Of a stretch of DNA of 64,000 bases, positions 49,641-60,696 are shown piece after piece. Every line of letters begins with the position of its first letter. The first letter of the stretch is position 1. The notes under the pieces are model-generated. The model did not search any database. It saw nothing but the letters and a program-made list of their open reading frames with translations, and was not told where the DNA came from. Origin of the DNA: Parachlamydiales bacterium (GTDB lineage Bacteria; Chlamydiota; Chlamydiia; Chlamydiales; Rhabdochlamydiaceae); the NCBI GenBank assembly GCA_963705295.1, contig OY970065.1, positions 1,568,001 to 1,632,000 of the forward strand. Direction: 5' to 3'. The position numbers were made by a program, and so were the translations under genes.

Positions 49641-50828
49641 ATGCAAGAAAACGTCTTAACTGTCAGTGAACTCACCCAGGCTATCAAGAAACAATTAGAA
49701 GGAAGATTCCCCTCTGTCCAGGTGCAAGGAGAAATTTCAAATTTTAAAGAACAGGCTTCCGGACATCTCTATTTTACCCTGAAAGATACAAACGCCCAAA
49801 TCTCGGCCGTACTTTTTAGAGGTCACACGCAAGGATTGACTAGATTACCAAAAAACGGCGACCAGGTGATTGTGCAGGGAGAGATCAGTGTCTATCCGCC
49901 GCGCGGCAACTACCAGCTGATCATCCGAGGATTGCAATATGCGGGCGTGGGCGAACTTTTGCTCAAACTCCACGCTCTCAAAACAAAACTTGAAAACTTG
50001 GGATGGTTTGACAAATCGCGCAAAAAGCCCCTTCCCAAAACCCCCAAAACCATTGGAGTGGTGACGAGTCCGACCGGCGCGGTGATTCAAGATATTTTAA
50101 ATATTTTGGGGAGAAGACATGCCGGGTTTCATCTGCTTTTAAATCCGGTCAAAGTCCAAGGCGAGGGGGCAGCTCAAGAGATTGCGAAAGCGATCGAACA
50201 TTTTAACACCTACAATCTTGCTGATGTATTGATTGTCGGTCGCGGGGGTGGAAGTCTCGAAGATCTCTGGCCGTTCAATGAAGAGATTGTGGCTACGGCG
50301 ATCTTCCGATCAAAAATACCGATCATTTCCGCCGTCGGACACGAGACCGATTTTTCGATCGCTGATTTTGTGGCCGACGTCAGAGCACCGACCCCGTCGG
50401 CTGCAGCGGAAATCTGTATGGCAGCAGCCGAAGAACACCTTCAATTTCTCCGGCAAATGGACAAACGGATCACCCAGGCCCTCTTGCACCTGCTGAAATT
50501 CTACCGTCACCGACTCGATCACATCCGCAAGCAACCGATCCTCTCTTCCCCCTTTGCTCTTCTCGGCAATGCATCCCAGCGGCTCGATGATTTAGGAGAA
50601 GAGATCCTCGAAAGTTTGCAGCGAAATATTCAAATCCACAAACAAAAACTGACCCAGCTCACTAGCCACCTGAAGTCGATCGACCCTAAAAACCTTTTAA
50701 CGAAAGGGTATTCCATTCTCTTCCGAGAAAACAGCCGGTCCGTTATCTTCTCAAGTAAGGATGTGAATGCTGGAGAAAATGTATCCATTGTATTCCATGA
50801 TGGAGAAACCAAAGCCAAAATATTATGA
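49641..50828 (+). CDS. xseA: Exodeoxyribonuclease VII large subunit
   Basis: [25 protein letters not shown] and GHETD...APTPSAAAE motifs. Confidence 0.97.
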   Translation: MQENVLTVSELTQAIKKQLEGRFPSVQVQGEISNFKEQASGHLYFTLKDTNAQISAVLFRGHTQGLTRLPKNGDQVIVQGEISVYPPRGNYQLIIRGLQYAGVGELLLKLHALKTKLENLGWFDKSRKKPLPKTPKTIGVVTSPTGAVIQDILNILGRRHAGFHLLLNPVKVQGEGAAQEIAKAIEHFNTYNLADVLIVGRGGGSLEDLWPFNEEIVATAIFRSKIPIISAVGHETDFSIADFVADVRAPTPSAAAEICMAAAEEHLQFLRQMDKRITQALLHLLKFYRHRLDHIRKQPILSSPFALLGNASQRLDDLGEEILESLQRNIQIHKQKLTQLTSHLKSIDPKNLLTKGYSILFRENSRSVIFSSKDVNAGENVSIVFHDGETKAKIL

Positions 50829-51064
50829 AATTTGAAGAAGCGTATCACCGATTAGAAGAAATTTTAGAAAAAATGAATGGTGGAAAAGTCGTCCTCGATG
50901 ATTCCCTCAAGCTGTATGAAGAAGCCGACCTGCTGATCACGACATGTCAAAAAAAATTACAAGATGCTGAAAAGAAAATCGAGATGATGATCAAAAATCG
51001 AAACGGTGAGCCTGTGCTCGATGAAGCCGGCAATCCGACCGTTCAACCGTTTGAAGTCCGATGA
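50825..51064 (+). CDS. xseB: Exodeoxyribonuclease VII small subunit
   Basis: [15 protein letters not shown]...[10 protein letters not shown]; follows xseA. Confidence 0.95.
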   Translation: MKFEEAYHRLEEILEKMNGGKVVLDDSLKLYEEADLLITTCQKKLQDAEKKIEMMIKNRNGEPVLDEAGNPTVQPFEVR

Positions 51065-51900
51065 AAATTGCACTCTTCCGCAATCGTGCCATAGAACAGT
51101 CGAAAAATTTGGCGATTGGCATCCGTGAATTTTTATCGAATCAAAAAGTTGAAGTTTTTGTTGAAGATTTGGACACCCAAGAAATCGATGCCCATCCTCT
51201 CTCGCAAGTCAACTTAAAAGAGATCGATTTCGTCATTACGCTCGGCGGCGATGGAACCATCCTCAAACTGCTCCACAACTATGATAACATCGATGCTCCC
51301 ATCTTAGGAATCAACATGGGTCATCTCGGGTTCATGGCCGATGTTCAAATCCCAGAAGTCTATCCGAGCCTTCAAGATCTCATCGCAGGCTCATTTGTCA
51401 TCGAAGAAAGAATGATGCTCCAAGGCGAGACCCTTCAAAAGGAAACCTTTTTTGCGATCAACGACATTGTCATTCACCGGGCAACCAATCATAGCATCAT
51501 TCAAGTTGCTCTCCATGTGAATGGCCTCTACCTCAATACCTTTGAAGCCGATGGCGTGATCATCTCTACCCCCAACGGCTCCACCGCCTACTCTCTCGCT
51601 GCGGGAGGGCCCATTCTCTCCCCCACTCTCGAAGGCATTGTCATCACACCCATCTGCCCCCACACCATCTCCAACCGGCCCATCGTCCTCACCGCCGACT
51701 CCCAAATCCAAATCCAATACCTCAGCCCCTATGATCCCATCGAGATCCGCGCCGACGGCCTCACCCACTTCCCTCTCAAAACCGGCGAAGTCTTCCACAT
51801 CTCGCGCAGCCCCAAGAAATTCAAACTCGTCAGCCTCCTACGCATCGATTACTTCACCACCCTCCGCACCAAACTCGGCTGGGTCGGCAAATTAAGATAG
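51061..51900 (+). CDS. nadK: NAD kinase
   Basis: [15 protein letters not shown] and [22 protein letters not shown] motifs. Confidence 0.97.
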   Translation: MKIALFRNRAIEQSKNLAIGIREFLSNQKVEVFVEDLDTQEIDAHPLSQVNLKEIDFVITLGGDGTILKLLHNYDNIDAPILGINMGHLGFMADVQIPEVYPSLQDLIAGSFVIEERMMLQGETLQKETFFAINDIVIHRATNHSIIQVALHVNGLYLNTFEADGVIISTPNGSTAYSLAAGGPILSPTLEGIVITPICPHTISNRPIVLTADSQIQIQYLSPYDPIEIRADGLTHFPLKTGEVFHISRSPKKFKLVSLLRIDYFTTLRTKLGWVGKLR

Positions 51901-53322
51901 TTGTTGCTCTTTGAGCCATTGGACGACATCCCCATAATGGCCCATTTGTGCAATTTCGATAGCAAAACTTTTGATTAGAAAATCCCATCGTCCAGTTTGC
52001 ACAAGCGCTTTAATGCACTCCAAATGACCATTTGCGGCAGCTGCAAGAATGGGTAGAACAAAAAGACCCCCGTCTGCAGGAGGGAACCTCAAAAGAAATT
52101 GAATGACAGGGAGATGTCCTTCTCTAGCGGCTACCTCGAGTGCTTTGGAATAAGTTGGAGAATCTAAATCTTCGTCCCATACCAATTCTTCGACTATCGG
52201 AAGGTAGCCTCTTTCGCATGCAGCAATGACCCATGATTGAAATATTTTTAAATTAAGAAAACCTTCCGTGGCTACGACTACAACAGAAAGACACTTATTT
52301 TTTATGGCGCAAAGGACAGCATCCTTTAGAACGTTATCATCAGCCAGCAAAAGCCTCATCGCGATAAACGTTTTAGATCTACCTCTTAGACTCGACGCCC
52401 AAAGGGCCATATCGTAGTAGGAGTAATCCAATTCGAAATCCACAGTGAAAAGATATTGGAGAAGAGGTTCATCCCCTTCCCCCGCAGCCCAAATAAGAGC
52501 AAGATTTCTGTAATAGATATCAGGGGGCTGCTTTTCAAAAATTTCTCTCACCCTCTCAAAATCGCCATTTTCGACAGCTATGAGTAATTCTAAACCTTGT
52601 GCCGCTTCAGGAGTTTTGTCATCTTTAGAAAGCAGCTCGTATATTTCTAAATTTCCTCCCACCGCTGCCCATTTCTTTGCCATTTTTAAGGTTTCTGGAG
52701 TGAAGGAGGAGTGCTCCATCAGAAAATCAACTATCTCAAAATATCCTTCTCTGACCGCTATAAAAAGAGACTCATCCAATTTTAATAGGTTGTAGGAATG
52801 GAAGAGTTGTACTAAGGGCAAATTTCCACTTTCAATAACTATAGAATCCTTACAAGCTTCGACCCCACCGATTTCTTCTAGAAAGAACCGAGCAGCAGCC
52901 GTGTTTCCTCCTTTAGTAGCCTTGACCACCACGGTATCCAAAATAAGCTCGGCTTTTTGGGTTTTTAGGAAATCGAACACAGTCCTCAATCTGGGCCAAA
53001 GACGATCGATCTTCATGCATGTTCGAAGCTTCCGTTTAAAGTTGTCATCTTTAATATCACTTGAGTAGTCATTGATCCCATTCAAGAAACTCATTGTCTC
53101 TCCAAAAAATCTCTTTACAGCCCCTTTATTCGTCTCGGAGGGCAAAAGTTCAATCCCCCTTCGCTGGACCATCGCTCTCCAATATTCGGCATTAGGTTCA
53201 CATGCAGCCTGGAAAAAGAATCGGCAACATTTGCTAAACCTTACTAGATCGTCAAGGGGTAGAAACGTCGTGACGCGTTGAGTTATTTCCGCAGGAAGAG
53301 TCCAATTGCATTCTACTGTCAT
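51892..53322 (-). CDS. F-box plus ankyrin protein, tandem copy 1
   Basis: LPAEITQRVTTFLPLDDLVRFSKCCRFF F-box; AAREGHL and AAANGHLECIKAL ankyrin motifs. Confidence 0.9.
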   Translation of the reverse strand: MTVECNWTLPAEITQRVTTFLPLDDLVRFSKCCRFFFQAACEPNAEYWRAMVQRRGIELLPSETNKGAVKRFFGETMSFLNGINDYSSDIKDDNFKRKLRTCMKIDRLWPRLRTVFDFLKTQKAELILDTVVVKATKGGNTAAARFFLEEIGGVEACKDSIVIESGNLPLVQLFHSYNLLKLDESLFIAVREGYFEIVDFLMEHSSFTPETLKMAKKWAAVGGNLEIYELLSKDDKTPEAAQGLELLIAVENGDFERVREIFEKQPPDIYYRNLALIWAAGEGDEPLLQYLFTVDFELDYSYYDMALWASSLRGRSKTFIAMRLLLADDNVLKDAVLCAIKNKCLSVVVVATEGFLNLKIFQSWVIAACERGYLPIVEELVWDEDLDSPTYSKALEVAAREGHLPVIQFLLRFPPADGGLFVLPILAAAANGHLECIKALVQTGRWDFLIKSFAIEIAQMGHYGDVVQWLKEQQLS

Positions 53323-54749
53323 ATGGGTTGCTCTTCAATCCATTTCACGACATCCCCAAAATGGCTTACTTGTGCAACTTCGATCGCAAAACGTTTGAGT
53401 AAGGAATCCCATCGCCCAGTTTGCACAAGCGCTTTAATGCACTCCAAATGGCCATTTGCTGCAGCTGCGAGAATGGGTTGATAAAAAAAATACTCGTTAG
53501 CAGAAGGCAACCTCAAAAGAAATTGAATGACAGGGAGATGTCCCTCTCTGGCAGCTACCAAGAGTGCTTTCAAATGAGTTTGACGATCTATATTCTCATC
53601 TCCTACCAATTCCTCGACTATCGGAAGGTAGCCTCTTTCGCATGCAGCAATGACCCATGATTGAAATATTTTTAAATTAAAAAAACCTAGCGTGGCTTTG
53701 ACTACAACAGAAAGACACTTATTTTTTATGGCGCAAAGAACAGCCTCCTTTAGAACATCATCATTAGAATGCAAAAGCCTCATCGTCATAAACGTTTTAG
53801 CTCTGCCTCTTAGACTCGATGCCCAAAGGGCCATATCGTAGACATCCAGTTCTAAACCCATCGTGAAAAGATATTGGATGAAACGATAATCCCCTTCCCC
53901 CGCAGCCCAAATAAGAACAAGGCCTCTGTAATAGATATCGGGGAGCTGCTTTTCAAAAATTTCTCTCACCCTCTCAAAATCGCCGTTTTCGACAGCTCTC
54001 AGCAACTCTAAACCTTGTGCCGCTTCAGGAGTTTTGTCATTTTTAGAAAGCAACTCATATATTTCTAAATTTCCTCCCACCGCTGCCCATTTCCTTGCCA
54101 TTCTTAACGTTTCAGGAGTGAAGGATGAGTGCTCCATCAGAAAATCAACAACTTCTAAATGTCCTTCTCTGGCCGCAATAAAAAGAGATGCATCCAATTT
54201 TAATAGGTTGTAGGAATGGAAGAGTTGTATTAAGGACAAATTTCCACTTTCAATAACTCTAGGGGGACAACCCTTACAAGCTTCGATCCCACCGATTTCT
54301 TCTAGAAAGAACCGAGCAGCAGCTGTGTTTCCTCTTTTAGTAGCCTTGACCACCACGGTATCCAAAATAAGCTCGGCTTTTTGGGTTTTTAGAAAATCGA
54401 ACACAGCCCTCAATCTGGGCCAAAGCCGATCGATCTTCAAGCATGTTTCAAGAATCCGTTTAAAGTTGGGGTTATCTTTAATATCACTTGAATAGTCATT
54501 GATGCCATTCAATAAACTCACCGTCTCTCCAAAGAATCTCTTTACAGCCCCCTTGTCCGTCTCGGAGGGCAAAAGTTCAATCCCTCTTCGCTGGACCATC
54601 GCTTTCCAATATTCGGCATTTGGTTCACATGCAGCCTGGAAAAAGAATTTGCAACATTTGCTAAACCTTACCAGATCGTCAAGGGGTAGAAACGTCGTGA
54701 CGCGTTGAGTTATTTCCGTAGGAAGGGTCCAATTGCATTCTACTGTCAT
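53319..54749 (-). CDS. F-box plus ankyrin protein, tandem copy 2
   Basis: Highly similar to copy 1; C-terminal tail DVVKWIEEQPI identical to copy 3. Confidence 0.9.
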   Translation of the reverse strand: MTVECNWTLPTEITQRVTTFLPLDDLVRFSKCCKFFFQAACEPNAEYWKAMVQRRGIELLPSETDKGAVKRFFGETVSLLNGINDYSSDIKDNPNFKRILETCLKIDRLWPRLRAVFDFLKTQKAELILDTVVVKATKRGNTAAARFFLEEIGGIEACKGCPPRVIESGNLSLIQLFHSYNLLKLDASLFIAAREGHLEVVDFLMEHSSFTPETLRMARKWAAVGGNLEIYELLSKNDKTPEAAQGLELLRAVENGDFERVREIFEKQLPDIYYRGLVLIWAAGEGDYRFIQYLFTMGLELDVYDMALWASSLRGRAKTFMTMRLLHSNDDVLKEAVLCAIKNKCLSVVVKATLGFFNLKIFQSWVIAACERGYLPIVEELVGDENIDRQTHLKALLVAAREGHLPVIQFLLRLPSANEYFFYQPILAAAANGHLECIKALVQTGRWDSLLKRFAIEVAQVSHFGDVVKWIEEQPI

Positions 54750-56125
54750 ATGGGTTGCTCTTCAATCCATTTCACGACATCTGCAAAGTGACCAGCGCGC
54801 GCAGCATCGAGTGTGGTATCTTTACTTAGCTGATCGACAGGCCGTAGTTTCCAGAGCTCTTGGACGCACAGCAAATGACCACCTGCAGCAGCTGCTTCGA
54901 TAAGTTCATAAAGATAGTTCCGATCGAGATATATGCTGAGATATTGTATGAGATGCAAATGCCCCTCCCCTGCTGCAAGGAGAATTGCTTTATAGCCTAG
55001 TTCTCTTCTCGGGCCCCCCATTTGTTCAACGAATTTCTCGATCATGGGAAGATGACCGAGTTTAGAAGCTTCTAAAAACCACGCTTCATAGGTCTTATAA
55101 GAAATAGAATGAGAATATCGAGAAGCAATATCGATAATACCCTGGTGATTTTTCCTAATTGCGAAAAGGACAGCTTCATTCAATGCATAAACATCCAGAC
55201 GACGAGATACTAGAACTTTAAAAGTCTCAACATTTCCTTGGAAGCCGGCTGCCAATAGTGCAAAATAGTTGTCATCCTCTCCCATGTTCGGAAAGAAAGA
55301 TAAATTCCCCTTTCCCGCTGCTAAAATAAATGCAAGACTTTTGTAGTAGGGAGAAGCTTTTTCAAAAAGATCTGCTGCTTTTCTATTATTACAAATAATC
55401 GATTCGATTAACTTCAAACCGTGCAGATCTTCGGGCGCTGTATCCCTTTCAGATAGTCTTTGGTAAATATCCAGACGGCCTCCGACCATCGCCCATTTTT
55501 TAATGCTTGCCTTTAAGGTCTTTCCCATACTCATCTGTTGCAAGATAAAATCGACAATTGCCAAATGTCCTTCTCTGGCAGCTATTTCAAGAGCCCGGTC
55601 TAAATGGATCGATCCGTGAGAGTAGCAGAGTTGAACCATGGATAGATTTCCCCTTTCGGCAGCAAAATCGGAGCATTCGGGACAACCTCGCTCTAAAAAC
55701 AATCTAAAAACACCAGTATTTCCTCGCCGGATCGCTTCTTCGCACACCTCTCTTGCATGCGCACAAAACGTTTCTGTATTAATAAGCTCGACGACGCGGT
55801 TGAATCGGGTCCAAAGTTGAGGAATCACTAAAGCCTCTCGGAGGGAAGACCTCCATTCAATACCCTCAGTTGTTTCAGTGGGTTTTTTATGGAGCACATT
55901 GGCACAACTGAAGAGTTCTCGGAAAATCCGCTGGACGGCCTGAAGAGGCTTTTCATCGGGTCGTAGCTCGATCCCTTTTTGTGCGAGAAAGGCGGAACAA
56001 TACCCGTTAGAAGCCTGCTGAAAAAAACGGCAACATTGAGCGAATTTTGCTAAATCGTGCGGCTCAAGAAAAGATATAACTTGTTGAAGTTGTTTTAATT
56101 GAAGAACTTGATTAATTACTGACAT
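54746..56125 (-). CDS. F-box plus ankyrin protein, diverged copy 3
   Basis: VISFLEPHDLAKFAQCCRFF F-box; AAREGHL and AAAGGHL ankyrin motifs; GGAG SD. Confidence 0.88.
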   Translation of the reverse strand: MSVINQVLQLKQLQQVISFLEPHDLAKFAQCCRFFQQASNGYCSAFLAQKGIELRPDEKPLQAVQRIFRELFSCANVLHKKPTETTEGIEWRSSLREALVIPQLWTRFNRVVELINTETFCAHAREVCEEAIRRGNTGVFRLFLERGCPECSDFAAERGNLSMVQLCYSHGSIHLDRALEIAAREGHLAIVDFILQQMSMGKTLKASIKKWAMVGGRLDIYQRLSERDTAPEDLHGLKLIESIICNNRKAADLFEKASPYYKSLAFILAAGKGNLSFFPNMGEDDNYFALLAAGFQGNVETFKVLVSRRLDVYALNEAVLFAIRKNHQGIIDIASRYSHSISYKTYEAWFLEASKLGHLPMIEKFVEQMGGPRRELGYKAILLAAGEGHLHLIQYLSIYLDRNYLYELIEAAAAGGHLLCVQELWKLRPVDQLSKDTTLDAARAGHFADVVKWIEEQPI

Positions 56126-56205
56126 AATCTCCTTAAATTTTCCGTTAATTATATAATAATAATTAATTTAAATCAATTAGTTATAAGTTATTAAAGATGT
56201 TTACC

Positions 56206-56380
56206 TTATTAACCCTCCACGCAAAAAAGAGACAACCTGCTGGCTGCACCCCTGACAGATCGATCCTCCTCCTCGGCCTAGCCTATCGGCTATGATCCTC
56301 GTCGGTCGGACCGCTGACGCTTCGATCTGACAGGGGTTCGCTTACGCATCTTGTCTCTTTTTTGCCTATCGGGTTAATAG
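56206..56380 (-). repeat. Nested palindromic element E5
   Basis: Near-identical reverse complement of E6; supplies the last codons and TAG of the upstream minus-strand gene. Confidence 0.93.
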
Positions 56381-58282
56381 GATAAGATCGAGTGAAGGGT
56401 TAGGATAGATTTCTGAAATGATGTCCCAATAATTTTGAACAAGGTCTAGGGGGACGTGATCTTGGAGATGTTTAAGTTCAAAATGATAGTCTGCGGTATG
56501 TCCTTGCTTTTGATGATGAAATTGATACGAAATGACTCCGTTATCAAATGCCGCTTCTTCTGAATCACGACTCCATTCATGGAATGGATTTTCAATATGG
56601 ATATGTTCTTCGACCCACCGTGGATAGGCTAAATCGTAGGGAGAAGTCCGCTCGTTATCGAGGCTATCGTCAAAATACCTCTCGAGGGTGTGGGAATAAA
56701 TCTGTAAAGATTTTCGGCGGATGGGGATTTTATAAGACTCTTCGACGGTGACAACATTTTTCTCTCGATCATCTGAGAAGGAAGGGGGCTGGAGAGGAGT
56801 CGCTCCCCTATAAGAAGCTTGAGCGGCTTCTAAGAAATCCTGTGTTAATTTTTTAAGACCTCTGTTTTCAATCCGCTGCCGCATATATTCTGCTTCAAAT
56901 CCATAATAATGCCGTTTCATATCGAGAGAAGCTATATCGGGTGCTGTGAGAGTCAAGGTGGTGAAAATTTGAGTCGGTTTTTCGAGAATGATCTTTGGAA
57001 GAGGGATGAGCCGTGTGGTTTGATCCGAAATCATGAGTCCCCAGTCATATTCAGGAAAACAGTGGTTTGGCAGGGAACTTCCTTGCCGCGTGATGACAGG
57101 ATCGACATAAAAAACGGTTTCGCCCATCGTTATTTGCAAAACGACATGATTGAAAACCTTCGATGCTGGGAGAATATGAGGTAGTTTTCTTCCCCTCTCT
57201 GTATTCACCAAAACAGGCACCGATGCAATGTCCATCATCTTGAGGAGTGCGTGGAGAAGAAACACCTTATCTTTACAATCTCCAAACCGTTTCTCAAAAA
57301 CGATACCGGGTTCTCTTGGAATAAAACCTCCGAGATCATCTTCAAACCCAAGATATTTTACCTCGTCTTGAACAAAACGGAGAGCCAGCCCCGCTTGCTC
57401 AAATGGATTTTTTCCTTTCCAATGAGCGACCTTCTCTTGCATGGCCTGAGTGGCAAAATTGCCAGGCAATGTAAAGAAAGGAACCGTTTGCTGAGCCACT
57501 TCGTGCCAATTTTTATATTGGGAAAGTTGGATGCGAGCATAAGGGACATACCACGATGGTTCCCAATGATACCTTGTCACAGCTTCAGTCTCTAAGGCCT
57601 GCCAAGTCCATTCGTGAAGGTTAGGTGCAAGGTCGACGATCGTAGGCTCGATTGAGGTATTGAACGATTTTATGGAAAAAGTCTTATCGGGATCGATCAA
57701 AAGACGGTAAACCATTTTCTCAATAGAAACCTCATCCTGCATTCTAAATGAATCGGTTAAATGATTCGAAAACAGCGGGTGCTCGCCGACTGAGGTATAC
57801 GCATATTCGATGATATCTCCGATTCGAATGTCATCTAGAAAATAGACCAACGTCACATCCCCTTCATACAGATTATTCTCGAGGTCTTCTTCTCGTTGAA
57901 GCAATTTAGACCGGGCGGTTTTTAATCGATCCAAGCATGCACCATTCCTGAGAACCTGGAGCTGATGGACAACTAATTGTTGATAGCTGGGATCAAATTC
58001 AATCTGGAGATTGGTAAAACTCTCGACAGCGGTTTGATCGAGAAGCTTAATGACTCTATGGATATAATTTGATTTTTCTTCCCAATTTCGTTGAGTATCG
58101 ACCAAAAGATGTTGAGAGTGGATTTGTGAAGGCTTAACAGGCGCATCAGCATTGAAACTGCACGGCTTCACCCATGCGGCTTCAGGCCCTACCGAATATT
58201 TACCCTCACTTGCGAGAAGTAAAAAAGGGAAACAAATTAGAAGGATAAATTTATCTAACTTCAAAGTCAAAGTGGGATCCAT
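56366..58282 (-). CDS. DUF3857 plus transglutaminase-like domain protein
   Basis: DIRIGDIIEYAY; GDCKDK (Cys), FNHVV (His) and YVDP (Asp); signal-like N-terminus. Confidence 0.88.
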   Translation of the reverse strand: MDPTLTLKLDKFILLICFPFLLLASEGKYSVGPEAAWVKPCSFNADAPVKPSQIHSQHLLVDTQRNWEEKSNYIHRVIKLLDQTAVESFTNLQIEFDPSYQQLVVHQLQVLRNGACLDRLKTARSKLLQREEDLENNLYEGDVTLVYFLDDIRIGDIIEYAYTSVGEHPLFSNHLTDSFRMQDEVSIEKMVYRLLIDPDKTFSIKSFNTSIEPTIVDLAPNLHEWTWQALETEAVTRYHWEPSWYVPYARIQLSQYKNWHEVAQQTVPFFTLPGNFATQAMQEKVAHWKGKNPFEQAGLALRFVQDEVKYLGFEDDLGGFIPREPGIVFEKRFGDCKDKVFLLHALLKMMDIASVPVLVNTERGRKLPHILPASKVFNHVVLQITMGETVFYVDPVITRQGSSLPNHCFPEYDWGLMISDQTTRLIPLPKIILEKPTQIFTTLTLTAPDIASLDMKRHYYGFEAEYMRQRIENRGLKKLTQDFLEAAQASYRGATPLQPPSFSDDREKNVVTVEESYKIPIRRKSLQIYSHTLERYFDDSLDNERTSPYDLAYPRWVEEHIHIENPFHEWSRDSEEAAFDNGVISYQFHHQKQGHTADYHFELKHLQDHVPLDLVQNYWDIISEIYPNPSLDLILLTR

Positions 58283-59219
58283 TTTTGTGAACAAGAATAA
58301 TTTTACGAGACCCTTTTTCATTGAATACGGGGTCAAGACCTTTCATCCTTTCACCGTTATTGAAACACCGCTCGATTTCTAATCGGTAGTTTGGGTAGAG
58401 GCGACTAAAGGTATAGATTTCAGCTACGGAGGCAAAAAATCGATTCATATCCGCGCGGGTTAAATATGCCCCGTATTTCAGATCAGGCTGCTCAAAAAAA
58501 CTGAGGACCGTTTCTTCTTCTTCTAATTCTTTGAGCAGGGTCGTCACCTCACGCCCTTCTGAAAAAAGAAGGTCGTAGGTTGCACGCCTACCATTGAATT
58601 CTATTTTTTTTGCAGCAACATAAGCCTCGATGGCATCATCGATATATTTTTGAAGACGGGCATCACAGGTGAGATTCTTTTTCATTTCATCGACGACGAG
58701 CTGTCTTAAACCGTGGTGATCCATCTTTAGTTTTCGATCGAGCATCTGCATTGCCCGGCACAAAGAATGGAATAAACAACTCCCATCAGGAGGAACGGTG
58801 ATCAAGAAAAGCCCTGCGTGTTGAGCCCTAAGTCCATTCAAATTGTTTTCACAATTCTCGACCATCGCATGCGCCGCTAGATTTTCTGGATCGCGTAAAA
58901 TGGTGCATTTGAACCGGGTGATTTTCTCAGAAAGATGCTTTCCTCTCTCCTTATTCAGCTCTCCTAAATGCTCCAGAATATACTCAAAATCTGTATTGAT
59001 ATCTTCGGCGAGTCTACGCACGGCTCTTACCAAAGCAGGCAGGGGCGGCTCTGCTACGATCTTCCGACGAGCCCCCAAAAATAAACCGAGGCCAAAAATG
59101 GCCAACCCAAAAACAACCAGCGCCACCCGATGAACCCGGTCCGTCACACTTGGAAAAGGGTTTATCCGTTTAAAAACCCTTACCGTAATATCCAGATAGA
59201 GAGGAGGTTGCACCGTCAT
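58251..59219 (-). CDS. OTU-family deubiquitinase-like protein with N-terminal TM helix
   Basis: VPPDGSCLFHSL (Asp/Cys box) and NGSHFD (His box); TM segment VALVVFGLAIFGLGLFLG. Confidence 0.85.
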   Translation of the reverse strand: MTVQPPLYLDITVRVFKRINPFPSVTDRVHRVALVVFGLAIFGLGLFLGARRKIVAEPPLPALVRAVRRLAEDINTDFEYILEHLGELNKERGKHLSEKITRFKCTILRDPENLAAHAMVENCENNLNGLRAQHAGLFLITVPPDGSCLFHSLCRAMQMLDRKLKMDHHGLRQLVVDEMKKNLTCDARLQKYIDDAIEAYVAAKKIEFNGRRATYDLLFSEGREVTTLLKELEEEETVLSFFEQPDLKYGAYLTRADMNRFFASVAEIYTFSRLYPNYRLEIERCFNNGERMKGLDPVFNEKGSRKIILVHKNGSHFDFEVR

Positions 59220-59287
59220 GCCGAAAATTCTACCGTCTGGAGTAATATTTATCGATGGGAAAATTTGATTATGTTAAAATAATTCTT

Positions 59288-60625
59288 ATGACATTTTCAG
59301 CGTTACCTCTTGAATTGACCCAAAAGGTCATGGAGCATGTACCCCAGAAAGATAAATACAGCGCGGCTTTTGCTTGTTGGGAATTTCAGAGGGCTATTTT
59401 CGGAGACGGCGGCCAATATTGGCGTGATTTCCTTAAAGAAAGAGACATCCAGATTCTTACAGATCAGACGCCGAAGCAACGGGTTCTTCAATATTGCCAA
59501 AAAGTGATACGCGTTTTCTTTCAACTTTTTGCAAATATTATAGACAATCCAGGTACGAGAAGAGCGAGTCGATTAGAGGTTCTGAAAATTAAAAATCTCG
59601 GCATGCAATTTTCAACAGTGATGGGCTATTTCAGAATAATGCCTCTATTTCGAGGTGCAGCGTTTGCTCTAGGTGTCAAATTAAGAGACCGCGCTTTGCT
59701 ATATGATATGCGTCGATTAGGGCCAATCGAAAGCATCTGCTATCAGAAAGCTTTTACTCTAGCTGCAAGAAATGGAGATCTTCCGATCGTAAAGGCGATG
59801 TGTGCCTCTGAAGTTCTCACATGTACCGATTTTCTCATTGCCATCGAAAAAGCCTCCCTACAGGGTCAGATGGAAGTTGTCCAATTCCTTTTTCAAAAGA
59901 TAAAACCTACGAATCTAGATGAAAAAAATGCCGTCATTCTCACTGCGGCCCTCGTTGGACAAACAAAATTTTTGGAAGAATTCATGACCAAAGAAGGATT
60001 TGTCAACCCTGTCGGATATGCATTTTTAGATGCCGTGCGAAACGAAGATCTCGATTCCGTAAGAGGGCAATTGCAGGAAAATCGAGACCTTCTTGATGGG
60101 TTTTCTACTCTTGCTTTACTCTGGAGTGTCTGGAAAGGAAATACCGATCTTTTCGTATTACTTCTGGACCATGCTGCCTCATTTGATGCAACTGCCGTCG
60201 CGGCAGCTATTGTAGGCAGAGGCAATCTTCGGATGTTTCATCATTTCATTCATCGACATCCCTTATCGATATGGAGTCGACATCTCAACTTTAACCTGCT
60301 TCTCGATAATATCCCTCATCTCGGCATTGCTAAAGAACTACTCCAAAATGGTCCTCCCTTGATAGATGATTTTTTCCCCGGCACTTTAAATACGGCTGCT
60401 TACCTGGGATTTCTTGATATTTTAAAGTTACTTCTCCAACACCACACCTTTACCCCCCTAGAGCTTGGACATGCCCTCGAAATGGCAACCATGGGTGGAC
60501 ATCTCGCCTGCGTGCAACTCGTTTTGGAAAAAGGAAATATCGATCCCGACTTCCTAGAACTCTCCCAACTAGCCGCCAAAGTCAGCAACCACACCGAAAT
60601 TCTCCAAAAACTAACTCCTTCATAA
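59288..60625 (+). CDS. F-box-like plus ankyrin protein
   Basis: FSALPLELTQKVM...ACWEF F-box; AARNGDL and ATMGGHLACV ankyrin motifs. Confidence 0.85.
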   Translation: MTFSALPLELTQKVMEHVPQKDKYSAAFACWEFQRAIFGDGGQYWRDFLKERDIQILTDQTPKQRVLQYCQKVIRVFFQLFANIIDNPGTRRASRLEVLKIKNLGMQFSTVMGYFRIMPLFRGAAFALGVKLRDRALLYDMRRLGPIESICYQKAFTLAARNGDLPIVKAMCASEVLTCTDFLIAIEKASLQGQMEVVQFLFQKIKPTNLDEKNAVILTAALVGQTKFLEEFMTKEGFVNPVGYAFLDAVRNEDLDSVRGQLQENRDLLDGFSTLALLWSVWKGNTDLFVLLLDHAASFDATAVAAAIVGRGNLRMFHHFIHRHPLSIWSRHLNFNLLLDNIPHLGIAKELLQNGPPLIDDFFPGTLNTAAYLGFLDILKLLLQHHTFTPLELGHALEMATMGGHLACVQLVLEKGNIDPDFLELSQLAAKVSNHTEILQKLTPS

Positions 60626-60696
60626 TGAAATAGGCTATAAAACTGCCCTTTTTTAAAATGTAGCTTTTTAAACTTTTCTAATTTAAAATAGTTGCA

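Noticed and set aside
51391..51895. Long antisense and alternate-frame ORFs over nadK (similar ones over the GNAT gene)
   Set aside because: By-products of the strong third-position C bias, which removes stop codons in other frames.
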